This document shows, in pieces, positions 36,401-52,564 of a stretch of 64,000 nucleotides of DNA. A model generated the notes under the pieces. That model worked only from the letters and a program-made list of their open reading frames with translations, had not been told where the DNA came from and did not search any database. The stretch's first letter is position 1, and each line of letters starts with the position of its first letter. The position numbers and the translations under genes are program-made. Origin of the DNA: Catajapyx aquilonaris (taxonomy: Eukaryota); assembly GCA_000934665.2 (NCBI GenBank), contig KZ537971.1:62001-126000 (forward strand), in the 5' to 3' direction.

Positions 36401-39400
36401 ATGCTGCACGCCACCTCTCTTTGACATGGCTCATGTATCTCCAAATTCGATAATTACCTTACAGTTGACCCGACCCAACAAAAAAAATTCTTTCTCATTA
36501 TAGACTGGTGTCAAGTTTGTAAAACAGTCAGTTTGCATAAAATCCCACAGCTTACATTTAGATCGATTTCCGCTACTCTTTCACAGGCGATTGCAATTCA
36601 CTGGCTGGAATGCAAATGAATAAAAAAAAACTGACCACTTTTAAACTTTCAGTAGAATTGACATACTGCATGTTATACATGCCTGTAGTATTCTCCAGGT
36701 ATGTTTGTACCCAGCTCATACCCTCAAAAAAATAATTTTCTCAAATAAATACAAAAGTTTGGTGCAAGCTACCAATAAAAACACGCACAACATCTGTCCC
36801 CTCCCTTCTTTATACTCTCCCCCCAATTTTGGGATTGTGAGAAAAGATTTATCGCTGCAGTCTTCTCCGAGTAAAAAAGTTGAGATAAATATTTCCCCGG
36901 ATAGGTCGCATTCGAAAGGGCGTTTCATGGGAAAAAAGGGGGGAGGGCCAACCAAAAGAAATTTTTTTTTTGTCCTCCTAAGGAGACCTCCCGGTGACAA
37001 TTATTTTTTTTTCCAGAGAGAGGCAGAGTAATTTCTGAGCGTGGCGTGGCCTGAATGAGAGAGGAGCGTAGTAAAGGCGTTCCCGGGCGAGGTGTGTTTC
37101 GATTGGGCGCCAACAAAAGCTCAGATCGATACTTTGCAGCCGGAACCGCTCCTGGTTGTGGCCCACAAGGTGGCGCAAAGGTGCTTGGTCCACGTTGCCA
37201 AATTTCACCCTGCCTCACCTTAAACTATTACTAGCCCTGCAGTATAGGGCGTGTCGACCCCCTTGATTAACACACATTCCTCACCATTTCCAAATTACTA
37301 TTCATAATTACTATCCGCATTAATCTATTCCATATTGAGTCTATAATGCATGACAAGTAGCGTGCTGTACATCCCCCCAAAAAATGTACGGTAATTTATC
37401 CCGGAAAACAATCAACATTATGAATTGATTATCCTTCGTGGCTTTTGTTCGAAAAGACCGTCTCGAACAAATTAAGTTCGATTTTCCAGACTCTCATAAT
37501 TGTATTTTCGATAGAATTAGCGGTGAAAGAAAACTTGGGTGAAAATTACAAGTTCCGCTTTCTCTTCACTTGCAGGTCTCCAGGGAAGTCTCTCGTGATT
37601 TATGAATCCCTCCAGAAGAAGGCAAAAAAGTATGAGGACAAACCCGATTTATTCCTAGAAAAGAAAAAAAAAAGACTATCGAATGCGACTTTTATTAAAA
37701 TACAAAAAAAGATGCAAAATGCAATTTTCTGCAATTTATACCAAGCATCGTAAGTAAACAAAAATTAAGTAATAATGTCTGGATTAGCAGTTATATAAGT
37801 ACTATTGGTGCTGCAAAAAAATCGACTATAAAACTGCAATATTGGACTTTTTTTTCTCTTTCTAACACTTTTACTTACTCTGGACCCTGCGGGTGTCACT
37901 TAGCGCCTGAAAAGTTCAAGACTGGCACCGACACCGTCCGACATTGCTTTATAAATGGCCCCTCAGAATGTGCCAGAGAGGGACCAGAGTTTAGAGGTTA
38001 TGCTGTGCATGAAATTGAGTTTCCATGTAGGCCTAGCCGTGATGTTAGCTCATAAAGTGTCACAATATCATTATGTTCAGTTTGAATGCAAAATAATTTG
38101 AAAGTATGAACAGCGTTAATGTCATTTATTCGTAGGCATACACACCATGCAATCTTTCACTAATTGCGACATCATTCAACCCGACTGAACCAGGTTTATA
38201 GTTTTAATCGGCAACATTCCGTAATGAGGACTGGCGAAGGTAAACCGCAATTGTGCAATTAAATACCAGGTAATTTAAACACAACGCAACAGTGTTTCTC
38301 GGTTGCCAGTCAGCCCCCTATACGCCCCAACGCCTATTACTTTATAATAGAATTTTGTAAATTACGCCTCCATGTAAATTCTAGTGTCCACCAGTACATT
38401 CGCACTGTTCAGTATTTCAGCCCCCCCGTTATCTCCGAGTTCAAACCCACTACACGTAAAACACCTTCCGGTGAGGCGATAGAAAAACAACCGCCAATCC
38501 CATCCTAATCGGATTTCGCGCCCCCAACAAGATATCATCCCTAGCGACCAACCAACCCAACCCACACCGACTACGGGGCGGAAAAACCGGCCACAAAAAA
38601 GAAAATAATAACCCGAGGAAAAAATATTATCTGCCGGACGCGGCAAGCAGGCAGCCAGCCGACAAAAGAGATAAGTAATTACCGGGATGTGCTCGGTTGG
38701 GCAACGGTTGTGTCACGTGTCGCCGCCAATGATAAGTGTCGTCTCTTCTCGTCACAGGTGCTCATGCGCGTTTTGCTCTAGGGGGAACATAGATCTGCAG
38801 ATACGATTTGCGACGAAATGAGCTGCCTTTTTTGTGTAGAAAACTGGTGGTTTGACATTTTTGTGTAGTGGAAGTGCGATATACTTGTATGAAATTTCTA
38901 ATTAATTTTCTAAGCCTGTGCATGATTGGTAATTGCCTAGATTTCCTGTTTTTCAAAGCGATTATGGGTTGGGTACGACGTCGTCAGCTATTTCCAAAGG
39001 TTTAATTACCTCTTAATCAACTCTCTAATTCGCAGAACGCGATCCCGTCAATAACTTGGGCGGGGATGAAGGCATTCAATCAGGCCAAAGTCGCAAAACG
39101 CAGTGTGAGGTACTGTACCCTCAGTACACCTGAACTTGTGGTCCTGAAAGTGTGACTGCAGTAGATATTGCAACCTTGCACCCCCTGGGCGGTTGTTTGT
39201 TTGTCATACCCCCCCAATGTCCATTAAATCGCACATAGAGTTAGTGATAGAGCAAACAGATCTAAACCCAGCTCAATTTCCTTCCCGATGTGCTAATTAG
39301 AGTTCTCCCAAGTCCAAGAGGAACCCTGTAGCCAGAAATTGGAAATAGAGTTTGTGCACGTGAGTCGGTCGGACAAAATCTATCCTTCAGACGAAGAACA

Positions 39401-42400
39401 TCGCCTGGTTGTGCTTGCTACCTTTCTAAGTAATGATTCCCTTTTGCTCCTGGGCTTCCTTCCTCGCTTTGCCATCCAGCCTAGTTCATTTGGCTGAAAA
39501 CTTTGTCCCAATTGAGCGGCATCCATTAACAAGGGCCCGGTGTAATTTTCCTTGCTTGCCTGCGAAGTGGGATTGGAGTCTCCACATCATGAAAGCGTCT
39601 GCAGCAGATAGAAAGAATTCTACTACACCTCGATCTCCATGTATACTGCAGCTTTTCTCTATACACGAAGCCTGCTTTACTTTGCGTTTCCTTTTCGCTA
39701 ATGAATTCTCTCTCCCTATTCTTTTCCTCGCTTCTGCACAATAAATTACTCGCCCTTCCGATGCGTCAAGTGGATCAACTTAATTTACATGCTTCTTCTT
39801 CCAGGAGCAAGCGATTTATTCGTAGTCTACTAGCTTCCAATTCGTTAAGTGCGTGCTTCTTTCATTTTCCAAAAAAAAATATTTTTCTCGATTCCGTCAG
39901 AAGCAGCTGGTGGTGTGGGCATGGCTATATAGTTTTCCCAACTGTTATTCTGCCCAGAGTTTTTACTTGTCACTTTCCAGATGTTTCATTCGTTTTTAAG
40001 CCTCACTCGAGTGCTATTTTCGGCATCATACGAAAATTTCATTACACTGTTCAGACCACGAACGTGCGGGGCCTATACTGAATGGGCTCAGGAAAAATAC
40101 GCGTCATGTGGAGTTGAGGCCAGCTGAACCTGTGTGGGTTTTAACAAAAACTTTAGTTAAGTTATGTTTTTGAAATGTGGCATAAGCTATACGGAACCCA
40201 GCACAGATAGCACTTAAGAAACTTGCATCGAAATGAGTTTCCGATCGAAAGGATATGCAAACGAAATCACAAGTATCCTATAACTATAATAAAACGTGTC
40301 CTGCATCCCCTCTTTGAAACATGTCGATCCCCCAAGTGCACTGAACCTAAATGTACTTATTGGAAAATTACAAAAAACCGAACTTGCATAAAACATTGCC
40401 GTAGTACCGGTATATGACATAAAAATGCGGCTCAAAGTTCTATTCCAAAGGATCACTCGTATAGGGATATGATGTTAGCTTATGAAAATATGTAATCCTG
40501 CAAACCCGAGTTTTAATAGCCTGGTAATAATTCTCCCCATGTTTTCCCAATATTATCTGCTTAATCTCTTTCAAAAAAAAACTGGGCTTGGGAGGGGGAA
40601 GGGAGCTTGAGGAAGATATATTCTGGGTGGGAATTAATATATCCTCTCCATCTCTCTGTAAGCAGGCAAAGGACTTATTTCCCTTCCTCCATGTCAAGAA
40701 CGCAATGATTCACCGTCAAAGGGCGCGGCTTTTTTGATGGGGGAATTTTTTTTCTCCCTCACTCTACTCTTCCCTCCACCACCTCCTCCATCCCCCTGCC
40801 ACACCCCCCTTCAACTCCCAACGCTTCAACACAGGAAGCTTCATTGAGAAAGACTTAATTGGCGCCGGAACCAGCTCGCCTTTTACTGCTTTGATCTTTT
40901 CACGGCCTCCAACCAAAAGGATTTGCAGATACGGATTAAGAGAAGGGGAGGAGGAGCAGCTAATGCACATGAATATCGTACAAAATAATCATTACGGGCT
41001 TTCCCCAGCTCCCTTATTTCTTGTCAGTTGTGTCTCATCTCTTAAGATAATTCATTGTGGAATAGACCTCATTTCAAAGAGGGTCCTATTACTCGACGGT
41101 AGAAAATGAGCTGCTGATGACTTCAGAATGACATCTACCTATCATCTATCCTGCGAAGGCGGAATGACATATTTGCAGCAAGCTGCTTGAAATATACGCT
41201 TCATATAATTTTTTGACAAACCATCGTGAACAAAAAAAATATGGTCGTTTGATTGGTATTCGTATTGGCGGATCTGATGAGAAACAGAAAAGGCCACGAG
41301 ATATAACTGGCATATGTAACGTTGGTTTCTGTAGAGTAACGTATACAAGTACGCGAAAGTTGTCACCATATTTTGACTCGCCATAATGACTTTCCTAGAA
41401 CGGTACGGTATACGTAAGGTTTATATAGAGTGTACGTGCAGTACAACTCAATTGTACTCGCAATTGGCTCATTGCTGCAAAGTATAGCCAATAGCGTGCC
41501 GAGTTTGTACGCATGCATAAGTTATACCTTTGTGGTTGAAAGCTGGAAAGGTTCTATTATCTTGTTACAAAGTGACGAATTTGACAGGCGTAAACGAACA
41601 AAAACCACAACAGAGGCCTACTACTTTATTTACACAAATGCCTCTAACGGCCCTCCGCTGTACATATTTTCTCTCCCAACCCTTGCAAAACGCTGCAGCA
41701 TTATTATGCGCCTTTTAATGGATGATAATCACAGTAGGTGTGTGAAAACAGGTCGGAAGCTTACAACACTATGTGTAATGTGCCATGCACAAATGTAATT
41801 TTGCTTTGGTCTACATCACCTTTTTTGCGGCTTTTTCCCCCTCTCCCTGCAAATTTGAATCAGTTTGCAAGCTTTGAACGTGAGCCGGACAGTTGATGTA
41901 ACTCTGTGGCCTTCGCATCTGTCGATGCTGCGCTTACATACGGATGATACGGCAGAAAAAGAGAAAGAATAATCCGGAACAAATTCATTTATTCTGGACT
42001 TTGGCCCTGCGGCGGAGTGCAGAAAAATACGGCTGTAGCAAAATGCTTGGAATATTGCTTCATTTTCCAAGAGATTGAATAAGCAATGCAGTCGAATTTA
42101 AATCTATGAAATCATATTACTGTAATTCCAATACATATTTCACGCACTGTACTTTAAAATGTTGGATGTATATCACTGAATAGCACACGTGCAATCCAAT
42201 GCATTTTAAAATGAACCCTTCTGCAGATGTTTATCTCCAGATTTAAGAAATTGATGCAAGTACTGGCCATAATTTTTTTTGCGATCAAAATCCCACTTGA
42301 GTGCCTGCTTAAGCTTGGTAAGCCCAAACCCACCTTGGTTGGAGAAGGCCCCCTCCTATTCTCCCTCAGGCTCACAGAAAGGATAATGAAGAGGAAAAGA

Positions 42401-45400
42401 ATTCCTCCCCAGTAGCTTCTCTCTCATAACCATCCTCGATTTCATTAAAAACAGAGCCCAACTTCCACCCCCACCCACTCATTCTCCTTCCCATCCCTGT
42501 TCCATTCCTTTTGCCCTCGAGGGAATCCTTATTATTCGTAATGAATAAAAATGAAGGAAGAAAAATAATGGAACCTTATATGTATCATTCCATTCTTCAC
42601 CCTATCATACTTGATGCAAAATGTTACATCATTGTCTCACATGCCTACGCTAATTAGGTCAATTTGCAGATGTGTTTTATTATGTTATTAAAATTTATTA
42701 ATTGCATAATGAAATTAATATACCGTATGTTCCATTATTTCACAGGTGAGTTGGATGTAAAGCACGGTTGCATTTATGAATATGATATACATGTGGCCAA
42801 ATTAAATTTACGGAATATTGCGTAACATCAACAAATGATTTATTACAGCCAGAGAATGATTGTTACTTTTATTGCCAATATTATGTAATTATTTGATGTT
42901 ACAAATTTTCTGAACAAGTGTGTGTTTCTAATTTTTAATTTTCGGCCCTCTCTCAATATAACGACCATGAATAATTTTATCGATCATCTGTCAGAAGAAG
43001 AGGGTAAAAGAGGCACCATTTAATCAACACATATATGCTAGGAAATAATGAAGCGCCCTAATGTTTTGTCAGCAAAGCACCCGTTGTAATTACACTGAAA
43101 GGCATAGTTTCAAGAAAAATAATTCTACTTGTAATTTGGGATTTTACCACTGATAAAAGTTGTAAAATGACAAAATATCTTCAGAGCGGATGCTGAATGC
43201 AAGGTCAACTCTTGTTCCTTGACATGTTACGCGTATTATTGCAGAGAAAAACCCGCGATATGGTTCATCCTACCCCGTCCTACCCTAATAAGTTGCTCGG
43301 TGCCATCAACCATGATGAGGCCGTATTGCAAGTGATGGATTGCCCCTTTATGTCCCGCTCCATTGTTGATGGTGTCAACTTAAGAAGAACCGTATTATGT
43401 ACAGTACCACCCTGCATCCTGAATAAGACTTTCCAACTTCAGGGGCATAATTGTTCAACCCATTACTTAACTTGCAGTTTATGCCAGGAGAGAAGTTCTA
43501 GCACATCTGCAGTAAAATCTACAAAGAAAACTATAGTGAACCTCTCAAACTGGCACCCTGCATTATTCATTAGTAAAAAATTTCCATGCACATCACAATG
43601 TACTGTACAATATATGCAACTTCACTTATTATACGACTGCAGTTCAATAAAGTTACCTTCAACGCATTGTTGGGCACTGCAGCAGAAAAGAGGCAGAGTA
43701 ATGACCGAGCCACTTAAAGTGTCAATTGTTCTAGTCTGCGCCAAGCAATATTTTGATCTCTCCCAGGGACAGTTTACTGCTCGTATATTCCATCCTCGTC
43801 CAGCAGTCCCAACCCGAAGGGCTTCATTTCAACAAGCAATAAGCAAAGAGAACTTTAGTGCTCTTCATTTAGTTTTATTAGTCAACTTCTGCAAACTCCC
43901 ACCGGCTGCTGTGCATACACTTCCATCTTTGCTCGCCTTGTGATTGGACGCAGCAAAGGTGAGTCCGAAGTTTGCTTTTTTTTTAAATCCTCTCATTCCC
44001 GTATTCCTGTTTTCCTCCCTCAGCTTCCTTTTTCTCCCTGCTGGATTCTGGTATAGGGGCGGAAAAATTAGCCTGAGGAGTAATTAACCGCAGGGGCACG
44101 AGTCTGGAAATCTAAAAAAATGAGACTGCTGGATGCTAATGAGTTAGCTGGAGCGGCTTGTTTATCTCTCCTCAACTTTCCGGGTAATTTTTCCTCTCGC
44201 ATTTGGCCTAGTTGACTCCTCACTCCTTGCCCCGAATTTTTTTCTTCTTCTTCTTTTTCTTCTATTCTTAACTTTACAAGAGCTATTTTAAGTGAATGCT
44301 GCCAGCTTATGTCAGCCGTGAAATTTAAAAAGTAATCTCAGTTTAACAGCAGTGGGTTGAAGATATTTCGGTCCATGGATTTCAAAAGGACGCTAGGAAA
44401 AAGGTCACGTGCGGTGAGCATTTAAGCAAAAGGTTAGATGTCACGGTCATTGTTGGTGGAAAATTAAAATTCCTTTCAACATTTCAACATTCATTGATTG
44501 ACCGCCGGGGTATTTTTCCTACCCCTGTCCTGTCAGTCATCAACAAAATTTTTTTTCGCCCATTATTTCCACGAGTACAGGACCACGCGTTTAGAAGTAC
44601 ACGATACCAATAATTAAATTTCGACCAACTCATATCCGTCTTGTGCAAAAACCAATTTTTGACCCACTGCTCCTGGAACCACCAAAAAAAACACGGATGG
44701 TCACACCTCATCAACCCACATGATGAATCCTCATTACCTCATTTTCAACAATTGATAGATGATCAACCTTGTGCTCAGGTGTTCCACATGCAATCTAAGG
44801 CCCAAATTAAAACACGATATGTTATAGTGCAATCTACACTTTTCCTATCGCCAGAGTATCGGTTGAAGGTCGTAGGTTATACGATTTAAAATCGATCGTC
44901 CCACATGCTGATTGGATTGACTTCCGGTTGCACACACATCCAGAGACCAGAGAGAGAGAGGTAGGGGAAAGTGGGGGAGGGGAGTTGAAACGGGGTCGGG
45001 GAGGAGTTGGCAGGTGAGTGCAGGCGATATTCCCAGAGCGGGGTACATTTGCAGCCAAATCGGGCCTTCAATCCTCAGCTCGGGGACTCTCTTTTTGCAC
45101 AAGGGCTCGTCATTTCCATCCAAAAGAGCCCCAAGGAGAAAGAAAGACCCTCAACTCCATTATGTGGCTGCTGGGCTACCTACTAGGGATAAGGGCTAGA
45201 GGCGAGAAAATGCATGCCCCCCCCCCCCCCAAAAAAAAACTGGCATTTTTTCATCTTTACTACGAGAGTCACATGACCATTGAAAGATGACACCAAATGA
45301 CATCTACCAAGTAATCGCGACAAGTTTGACACTTGTGATTTACCTGAATAACTTTAAAGACCCGTTCTTTGGCATTTTGATTCGAGTCGGGTTGTTTGGT

Positions 45401-48243
45401 TGGAGTTAGGGTGGGTTCAGAGGCATTTTTCCTCCTACTTTTTCCTTTCCGGCATTTTTTCTACCGTGTCTGGCAACTGTATCTATATATTATTATCTGG
45501 AAACTAAGAGCCGTCATCTTCAGAGCGGGATAAATCAGGGCAGTTTCATTGTCCCTAGGTTTTTTTTTCGTGCAAGGAGCAAAAACGGCGTTAAATCATG
45601 TTAGCAATATCGCTGATTAAGGAACTGGCCCGGATTCCAAAGCGGCCCCGAGGAGCCATGCAATCTTATTAACCCCGCCAAATTCTACTTCGAGAGAAAC
45701 GAAAAGAAAGATATAGCGGAAAAAAAATTGGCAAGCTCTGTGAAGCAAAGCCGCACAAATATCGTAACTATCTGCTCGGTATGCAGAAACAAGATGACAA
45801 ACGTCGCATGAATAGTTGTACCACACTCGGATCACGTGAAAGTTTTCTCTCCATTTTTTATAACAGGAAAGGTCGCCATTTTGCGTTTGGAACTTGACAA
45901 ATTCCATTACACGATTCGGCGCGCAATTATTTTAACTTCTTTGACTTAGTTCTCCACAAACCAAGACGGCGCTGCAGAAAAGAAAGTTTCTCAATACTTG
46001 GTTCCTGTTTGTTGAGTACTCTTGGAAAAGTAACTCCAAAAAAATATTACAATATTGGAGCTGCAAGCACAAATGAAGCTCTTCATTAAAACCGATTTCC
46101 AGACGCTATTCTGCACCCATAAAAAGTAAAAAAGTTCCTAAAATAATCCGAACATTTGCCCTTTATACAGCAGGTCATTGGCAACAAAATCTAATCACAA
46201 TCGTTCTTAATTCACACAGGCTACTGACAGTGTGGAGCTTGATAAACATACTGGTTGATGTTATTCAAATAAATATGCAGACCTGTCATTTTTATGCATT
46301 ATGTTTTCAGCTAATATATATAGCATCACTTTTACGTATTCACAAATTAAATTTTGGGCCATTAAACCACTAACAACACTGCAAAAGATCCGACACTGCA
46401 GTAGTCATCACACAACACACGAATGCCCCTAAGCATTGCAAAAAAAAGACTAAAATTGTGCCCGAGTGTCTATATATCTAAACCGTGCGAAACACTTTGT
46501 ACCCACTTAGCATGACTTAATTTGCACCTTTGCATGCAGTGTAGAGCGAACCCGACAATGTCAACACCGTGCGTAAAGGGGCCCGGAGCATTAAAAAGGC
46601 CGAGCCAGACAGCTCTGGGAAGAGGCGCCTAAGCTGCACTCTCCCGCAAATGCCCAGGACTCTTCTCCCAGCCCCTCTTTTGCAATAATTAGCCAATTTG
46701 CTTGGGTCAGAGTTGCGGCAATATTGGCGCAAAAAAAAAATCGATGGTGGTTGCTGTGCAAAAGTTAAAGGTGAGGACAAAGTGAGTGGCGGAAGGTTAA
46801 TGCCGGGTTCCACCTTCCCGCATCCCTGAAACAGTCCAGTATGTCCGGAAAAAGCGATGGAAGTTTCAGCTATAGGACTGGTAGGGTAAAAAAAACTTCA
46901 ATCATCCCTTTGCTAATTAAACTCCGAAGGGTGGTTTTACTACCCGTCATTTCGGTGCAGGAGTGAAAACGACATGAAGGATTTTTGGCCCTCCCCTATA
47001 CCACCCCTACCCTTTTTGGAGGGTAACACGTCGTAGAAGCACGGACGAGGAAGCATTCTCATCTGCTAAGTGGACCGAGAGATGCAGCCCACTAGACCTT
47101 CTCACCTCATCATGCATCATGGCCTCTTAGTACCAGCTCTCATGGCATTATTATGTATCTCCTGCAGCAGCCGCCCAACATTGCTCATTCGGGTTGGTAT
47201 GTGTCAGACTGGTTCAGGGAATGGAGTGAAATAATAGACCGACTAAGGACTCCCGATTTTGGCAATGGGTTCACCACTCGCCTAGGCGGCATAGCCAGAG
47301 GGGTCGGTGTGTGTATATATACTCTGAGGCCGTTTGTATTAAAACATGATTAATTAATATTCCGCACTCTGCCTCATGGGCACGCTGGTATACCTGCACC
47401 CGAGTGCATTGACCCACTCGCATATATCTTGCATCTCACCCACCCCTGCCTCATTATTAGGCCAATTTGGCAATAAACGGCAAAGTTGTGCTTGCAATTA
47501 TTGCCCTGGTCTCTCTGTCTACAGTGCGTAATGTTTTGGTATTTTTGACAGTTAGCATGGGCGACAGGAGGCGAAATATGGCACTTTATCCTCTGCGCGC
47601 CAACAATATTGCGGCCAGAAATACAGTGAGGGACGTAATCATCAATATGGACTCAGCTTCCCAAAGGGGCCTATTCTGTGAGGTGAATTTAAGGGCACCG
47701 TGCTAATTTGAAATAAAGTAATGTCTCAACTTGATGCGAGGCACATGTTAAGCTAATGGTAAAGTTAATAATTATCAATATATCTGCGCACAATGCTGAG
47801 GTGGTTTTTCCAACTGACCAATTCAACGATACGGAAATGAGGTGTAATTTTCCATCTCTTCATGATAAAACATAAGAGCGAATATGTAGAAGTAACATTC
47901 AAAGGCCAATGGTAAACGGTCCTTTCTTGCATTTATTTTTGTACATCTCTGCGGGATAAAAATATGAGTCCGATGGCCATTTCGAAAGATAATGGCGGAC
48001 ACACTCCTCTGACATAATATCCTCGATATTGCTCTATCTCCCTTTTCCCCAATAAATTAAAGCTTAAATGGGGGAGATCCGTTCCTTCTCTGGCATGAAG
48101 CCAGGAACAGATCGGTAGCGGTTGACCCTCAACATAATCTAATAACGAGCCACATCATTAATGCACTTATTCCTCAACTTCTAGACCGCAATAGTACCAC
48201 ACAAGCTATGCACCAGTCAACACAACATTGAAATGCTACTCAC

Positions 48244-48456
48244 CACCTAGGGCTCCGACGCATCCTCCGGGCAGAGCGGTCCTCTTGTCACCAGCGACGG
48301 AGACTTGTCCTTTATCACCACCCCCTGACCTCGAACTCCCCCGACCCTTCCCCCCTCTCCCCTCCTTCTCCCCCCACCCTGTAGCAATCCTCAGCTGCAG
48401 GCAGCCCCAGCAGGACTCACCGAGGCACCAACTTCGTCACCGTCCATCTGTCCAAC
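48244..48456 (-). other. Candidate upstream 5'UTR exon of the CUB/LDLa gene, with two possible donors
   Basis: GC-rich island with acceptor gtgcag| at 48457/48456 and GTGAGT donors after 48421 and after 48244. There is no transcript evidence. Confidence 0.3.
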
Positions 48457-51400
48457 CTGCACGAATCACCAAACACAAAACGTCACATGGGAACCAACAC
48501 ACACTGGAGGGGGCAATATATAATGATGGCAATAATCACGCAAGCATAATTCATGCAAATTGGAACGTCAACAATAACAAGGGGTTGTGAGTGCGTTGGA
48601 TATAATATATTGTGTGTACACTATATCTCTCTGGCTCTTTCCCAGTTTCCATAACAGCATTTTGAGATTAAAGGTGTTGGCTGACACGAAGCAAATGGCA
48701 GGACACATCCAGTCCAATAAAACCTGTCTCTTGTTGTCGGGAGCGATTGAAATGTACTCTAGGGGCTTTTATTTCGCTGCCTTGGAATCGATTTCACGAC
48801 ACTTGATGGAAAAGGAAGACTAACTTACGGTTCCACCCGCGGGGGAATATGGGGGACTCGGGATGTGGGAAGAAAAGCAGACAGGAAGGAAGGGAAGGGA
48901 TTAATACACCCCAATGCCACTTGCCCACCTCATCCCTTCCCTATCCCACCTCCCTTACTTCCACTGCTCTTCCCTCCTACGTAATTACGGCCACGCCAAT
49001 TATGTTCAAAGTGGTTCTGTCAGTCAATTGCGGCGGGAAGAATTGGAGTATGGAGGCCTATAGGGAGACTGGGGTTTGGGTGATTATCCAGTGACTAATC
49101 CGACGCCTAATCCACTTCTATTGGCTACCACAACCAAACATGAATAGAGGGAGGGGTGGGGGGGGGGGATCAATAGTGTATCAGTGCATCCAATCTAGGT
49201 GTGAAGAATGGAGCATTTAAGCAAGATCAGCAGATTTTTACCAGGGCTTTATAACTACAGTCTATAAAATTCAGAATGTAAACATTGACGGTATGGAGTA
49301 ATATTTGGGAGCAACTGTTGTGCAGTCACTCGAACAAAATTTTGGAATATGTTTGTTCCTCTGCGTTGCTAGAATTTTCAGTGTTACAAAACAAATAGGT
49401 TCAATAATGTAAACATTGTTATTGCTTCCAAATATGAATACTTTAAAACGCAGTTCTACGTACAGTATAATTATGAAACTGGAACCAACAACCAGTTGGA
49501 GGCAAAATGGCACGTGCACAACCAATTTATCTGCGCAAACACAACATTTCGTCCTCGATATTTGTACACGTCGTTATACATAATTGGCCTTAAAATTTGT
49601 GCTCTGTTTATATTCCATTATTCCATAATTATTTGCTGCTGTTCGAGTATACTTTATACTTCATTTTTTGTGGCAAATTAATTTTAGGCAGGAGAGAGGA
49701 TTCAGATGATTAGGAAAACTGTTTTATAATGACTCGGATAGCGAGGCATGGTTTCATCATTTCCTCTCTCAAATTGTTACTCGTTTGCCAATAATCCTCT
49801 CAATCCTTATACCAACACGAGGCGCAAAGAGAGTACTCGCACTCGCAGCACACTTGTAGATGCCTATCTATTCAAGCGGATTTCGACACGAGAGGTGCGC
49901 GTGTATATCAGACAGTACGCCAGCTCATAATATCAGTTGGGGGAAACCCTCAGGCAAAAAAAAGATACTTCTAATGATGGTCATCAATCATTATTCGGTG
50001 ACATCAGTCTGAAAGAGCGTCCCGAAAAGGCGTGAAAAAATTCTGGCCTAAACCACTCGAGGAACAAATAAAATCTAATACACATTCATGCACTATCGAT
50101 CGCACGGAACTGTTAGTTAACTTTGGGTATTTTCAGAGGCCGCGAGCAATGTTCTGCTGCGGAAGTGTGTTCGTGTTACAATGAAATGGTTTTACTAAGG
50201 TTATAATGTAAATCAATTTATCTGATCGATATCCTTTAAACACGTACTCTAATTTCTATCCAACTTATAAATGTAATAGTAGGCTATGGTTCAGGTTTCG
50301 CTCTTTACTAGCAAAATAGCCAACATGCAGAAAACAGGACTGAAGGTCACTTCATTAAGTATTTAATTGGGTGGGCTAGAGTTACCTTGGAGATGAGATC
50401 AAATTTGCATGACCTGGCAGTGAATGTGTATTCAGGTACTCTACGTGTGACCGACGCACTTACCTATTAACCATATTCATATTGTAGAATGTACACGCAG
50501 TAGTAGTTTGCATAATTTAAAATTATGCAACAAACTATCTCATCACAAGCAGTCGCAAGCATGAAAACGGAAAATTCAAGAGTCAGGAACAAGTGCAGAA
50601 GACTTCCTGGTTAGGTGCATTTTGAGATGTGAAACTCATGTTCAAAATGCTGACACTTGCTGACTTGCATACCTTACACGCATTGAGGTGCTGGACGATG
50701 CCATACGGCATACACAACATAGAGTATAGGCCTATGCAACTTTTAAAAGTCTTATTTTTAGACTTCGGACCACTGGAGTGCTTATGACTTTTTAATTATT
50801 GATATTCTTTCCCATGTAGTGTGTCAGAAATAATCCTTGTCATTCATAAATATTCCTTACATGATCTTATTTTACTGCTAATCGGTCAAAGGTCAAGAAG
50901 ATGCACATTTTATATTGAACGACATGTTGATAGTCATCACTCATCAGAATATATGATGATGATTTGTGCACCAAAATAGTTCTGAACATTGAGTCATTGC
51001 TTATTGACCTGGAAATGTAAGTAAACAAACCTGAATATGATCTCCGAGTACCAGTGTGACCGCCGAAGGCGGCGACAGAAACAACGTGGGTGACTTGTAA
51101 GATATCAGTTTATTTACGTCAACAATAAGACAATCGTGGAAGTTACGACAGAGGAGGGAGGTGTGCGGAAAGAGGAGTGGACCCCCGACGTGTCCGGTAC
51201 GGACACGCCGAAAGGACCTCGAGGAAGACCCTAACCAACAATATATAGTCGGGAAAACTCGAGGGCCGATGGGAATAAAGGCCAGTGATAACAAGGGCAC
51301 CCAAAGGGATGATGGGAAAAAACCCTTGGTGGGACCACAAGTCAAATGCGTCAACTAGCATGTTCACACCAGTATGGTACATGAATGGAATGAAGGAAAT

Positions 51401-52509
51401 AAAGGAGTAAAAGCCTCCGGAGAGGTTTCATCTAATAATGTTAAAATAATGTTGATTTCCGAAGAAGAAGAAAACAAACAGTGCACTTCTCTAGTAGCTC
51501 CCTCATAAGATATCATTGTCACGAGAACATTCATAAAAATGTGACAATCTCCTTACCAATGTCATTACTCTTTCAATTTTCACTTCAAGAGGATTGCTAT
51601 GCATTTAGAGGTAGTGAGCTGTATTTTACAAGCATACAGTATATATGCCAAAAATTAAAACCATTTTATATCCCCCTTCAACAAATGAGCGCACTTTGGC
51701 GTGCTATTGCGGTATGTGATATTGTGATAATATAAAGTGACGTGCTGCGTACTATGTGTCCTGCGTGTGACCTATACACTAGCTTGGATCTGTTTATCCT
51801 ACACATCCGTGGCAACCAGCGTGTACGTGTTATTTTAGGGTGGCTGTACAAAAAAAAATTAATCAGCTCTGAGACCCGTTCAGACCTGATCTGGCAGCAG
51901 AATCTTCTCATTGTGATACTTCATGTAGAAAGTTGAATGACGAATTTAATCTATTTATACCTGAACAAAGGGGTTCCGGTAGTGCATTGACAACTTCGGA
52001 ACACACCAATGCATATTCAGATATTGCAGTAAAGAAAATTGTTTTCGGTAGCGTAGGATCGCTACACGCTCACAAACTGAAATTATTCACGCGGAATAAT
52101 ATGCCTCATATACTGCAGTATATAACTCAACATAAAAGCCTTCGGGAATTTGGCCCATAATTTTCAGGTAAACTTTGTCGTACATATCACGCCTGAACTG
52201 CGGAGAAAATATTTTTCCAACTTACGCTCATTAATAATACGACGTACTTACGCATCAAAAACCTCTAATAGTCTACTCTTACACAAAAAGTAACTAAGTG
52301 CAAATATTACAATATGAATTTTGCTTTTAAGCCCAACTGCTTCATTCCGAGGATCAATATTGGCAGATCAGCCATGCACAATATTGCTTTGTCAAATTGT
52401 TTTACTTCCGCTGAATGAAAGTTTAATTCACTATAAAATTTAAATAAACTAACTGAACAGGCTACTCTCGCAATATATTCTGCTACGTCCCACTCATACT
52501 CAATTATGG

Positions 52510-52511
<2 letters not shown>

Positions 52512-52561
<50 letters not shown>
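52512..52561. repeat. (CT)n microsatellite, ~25 units
   Basis: Directly visible. Confidence 0.97.

Positions 52562-52564
<3 letters not shown>

Noticed and set aside
43197..43943. 248-aa plus-strand ORF
   Set aside because: No recognisable domain, and composition looks like random intergenic translation without the GC3 bias of real exons.
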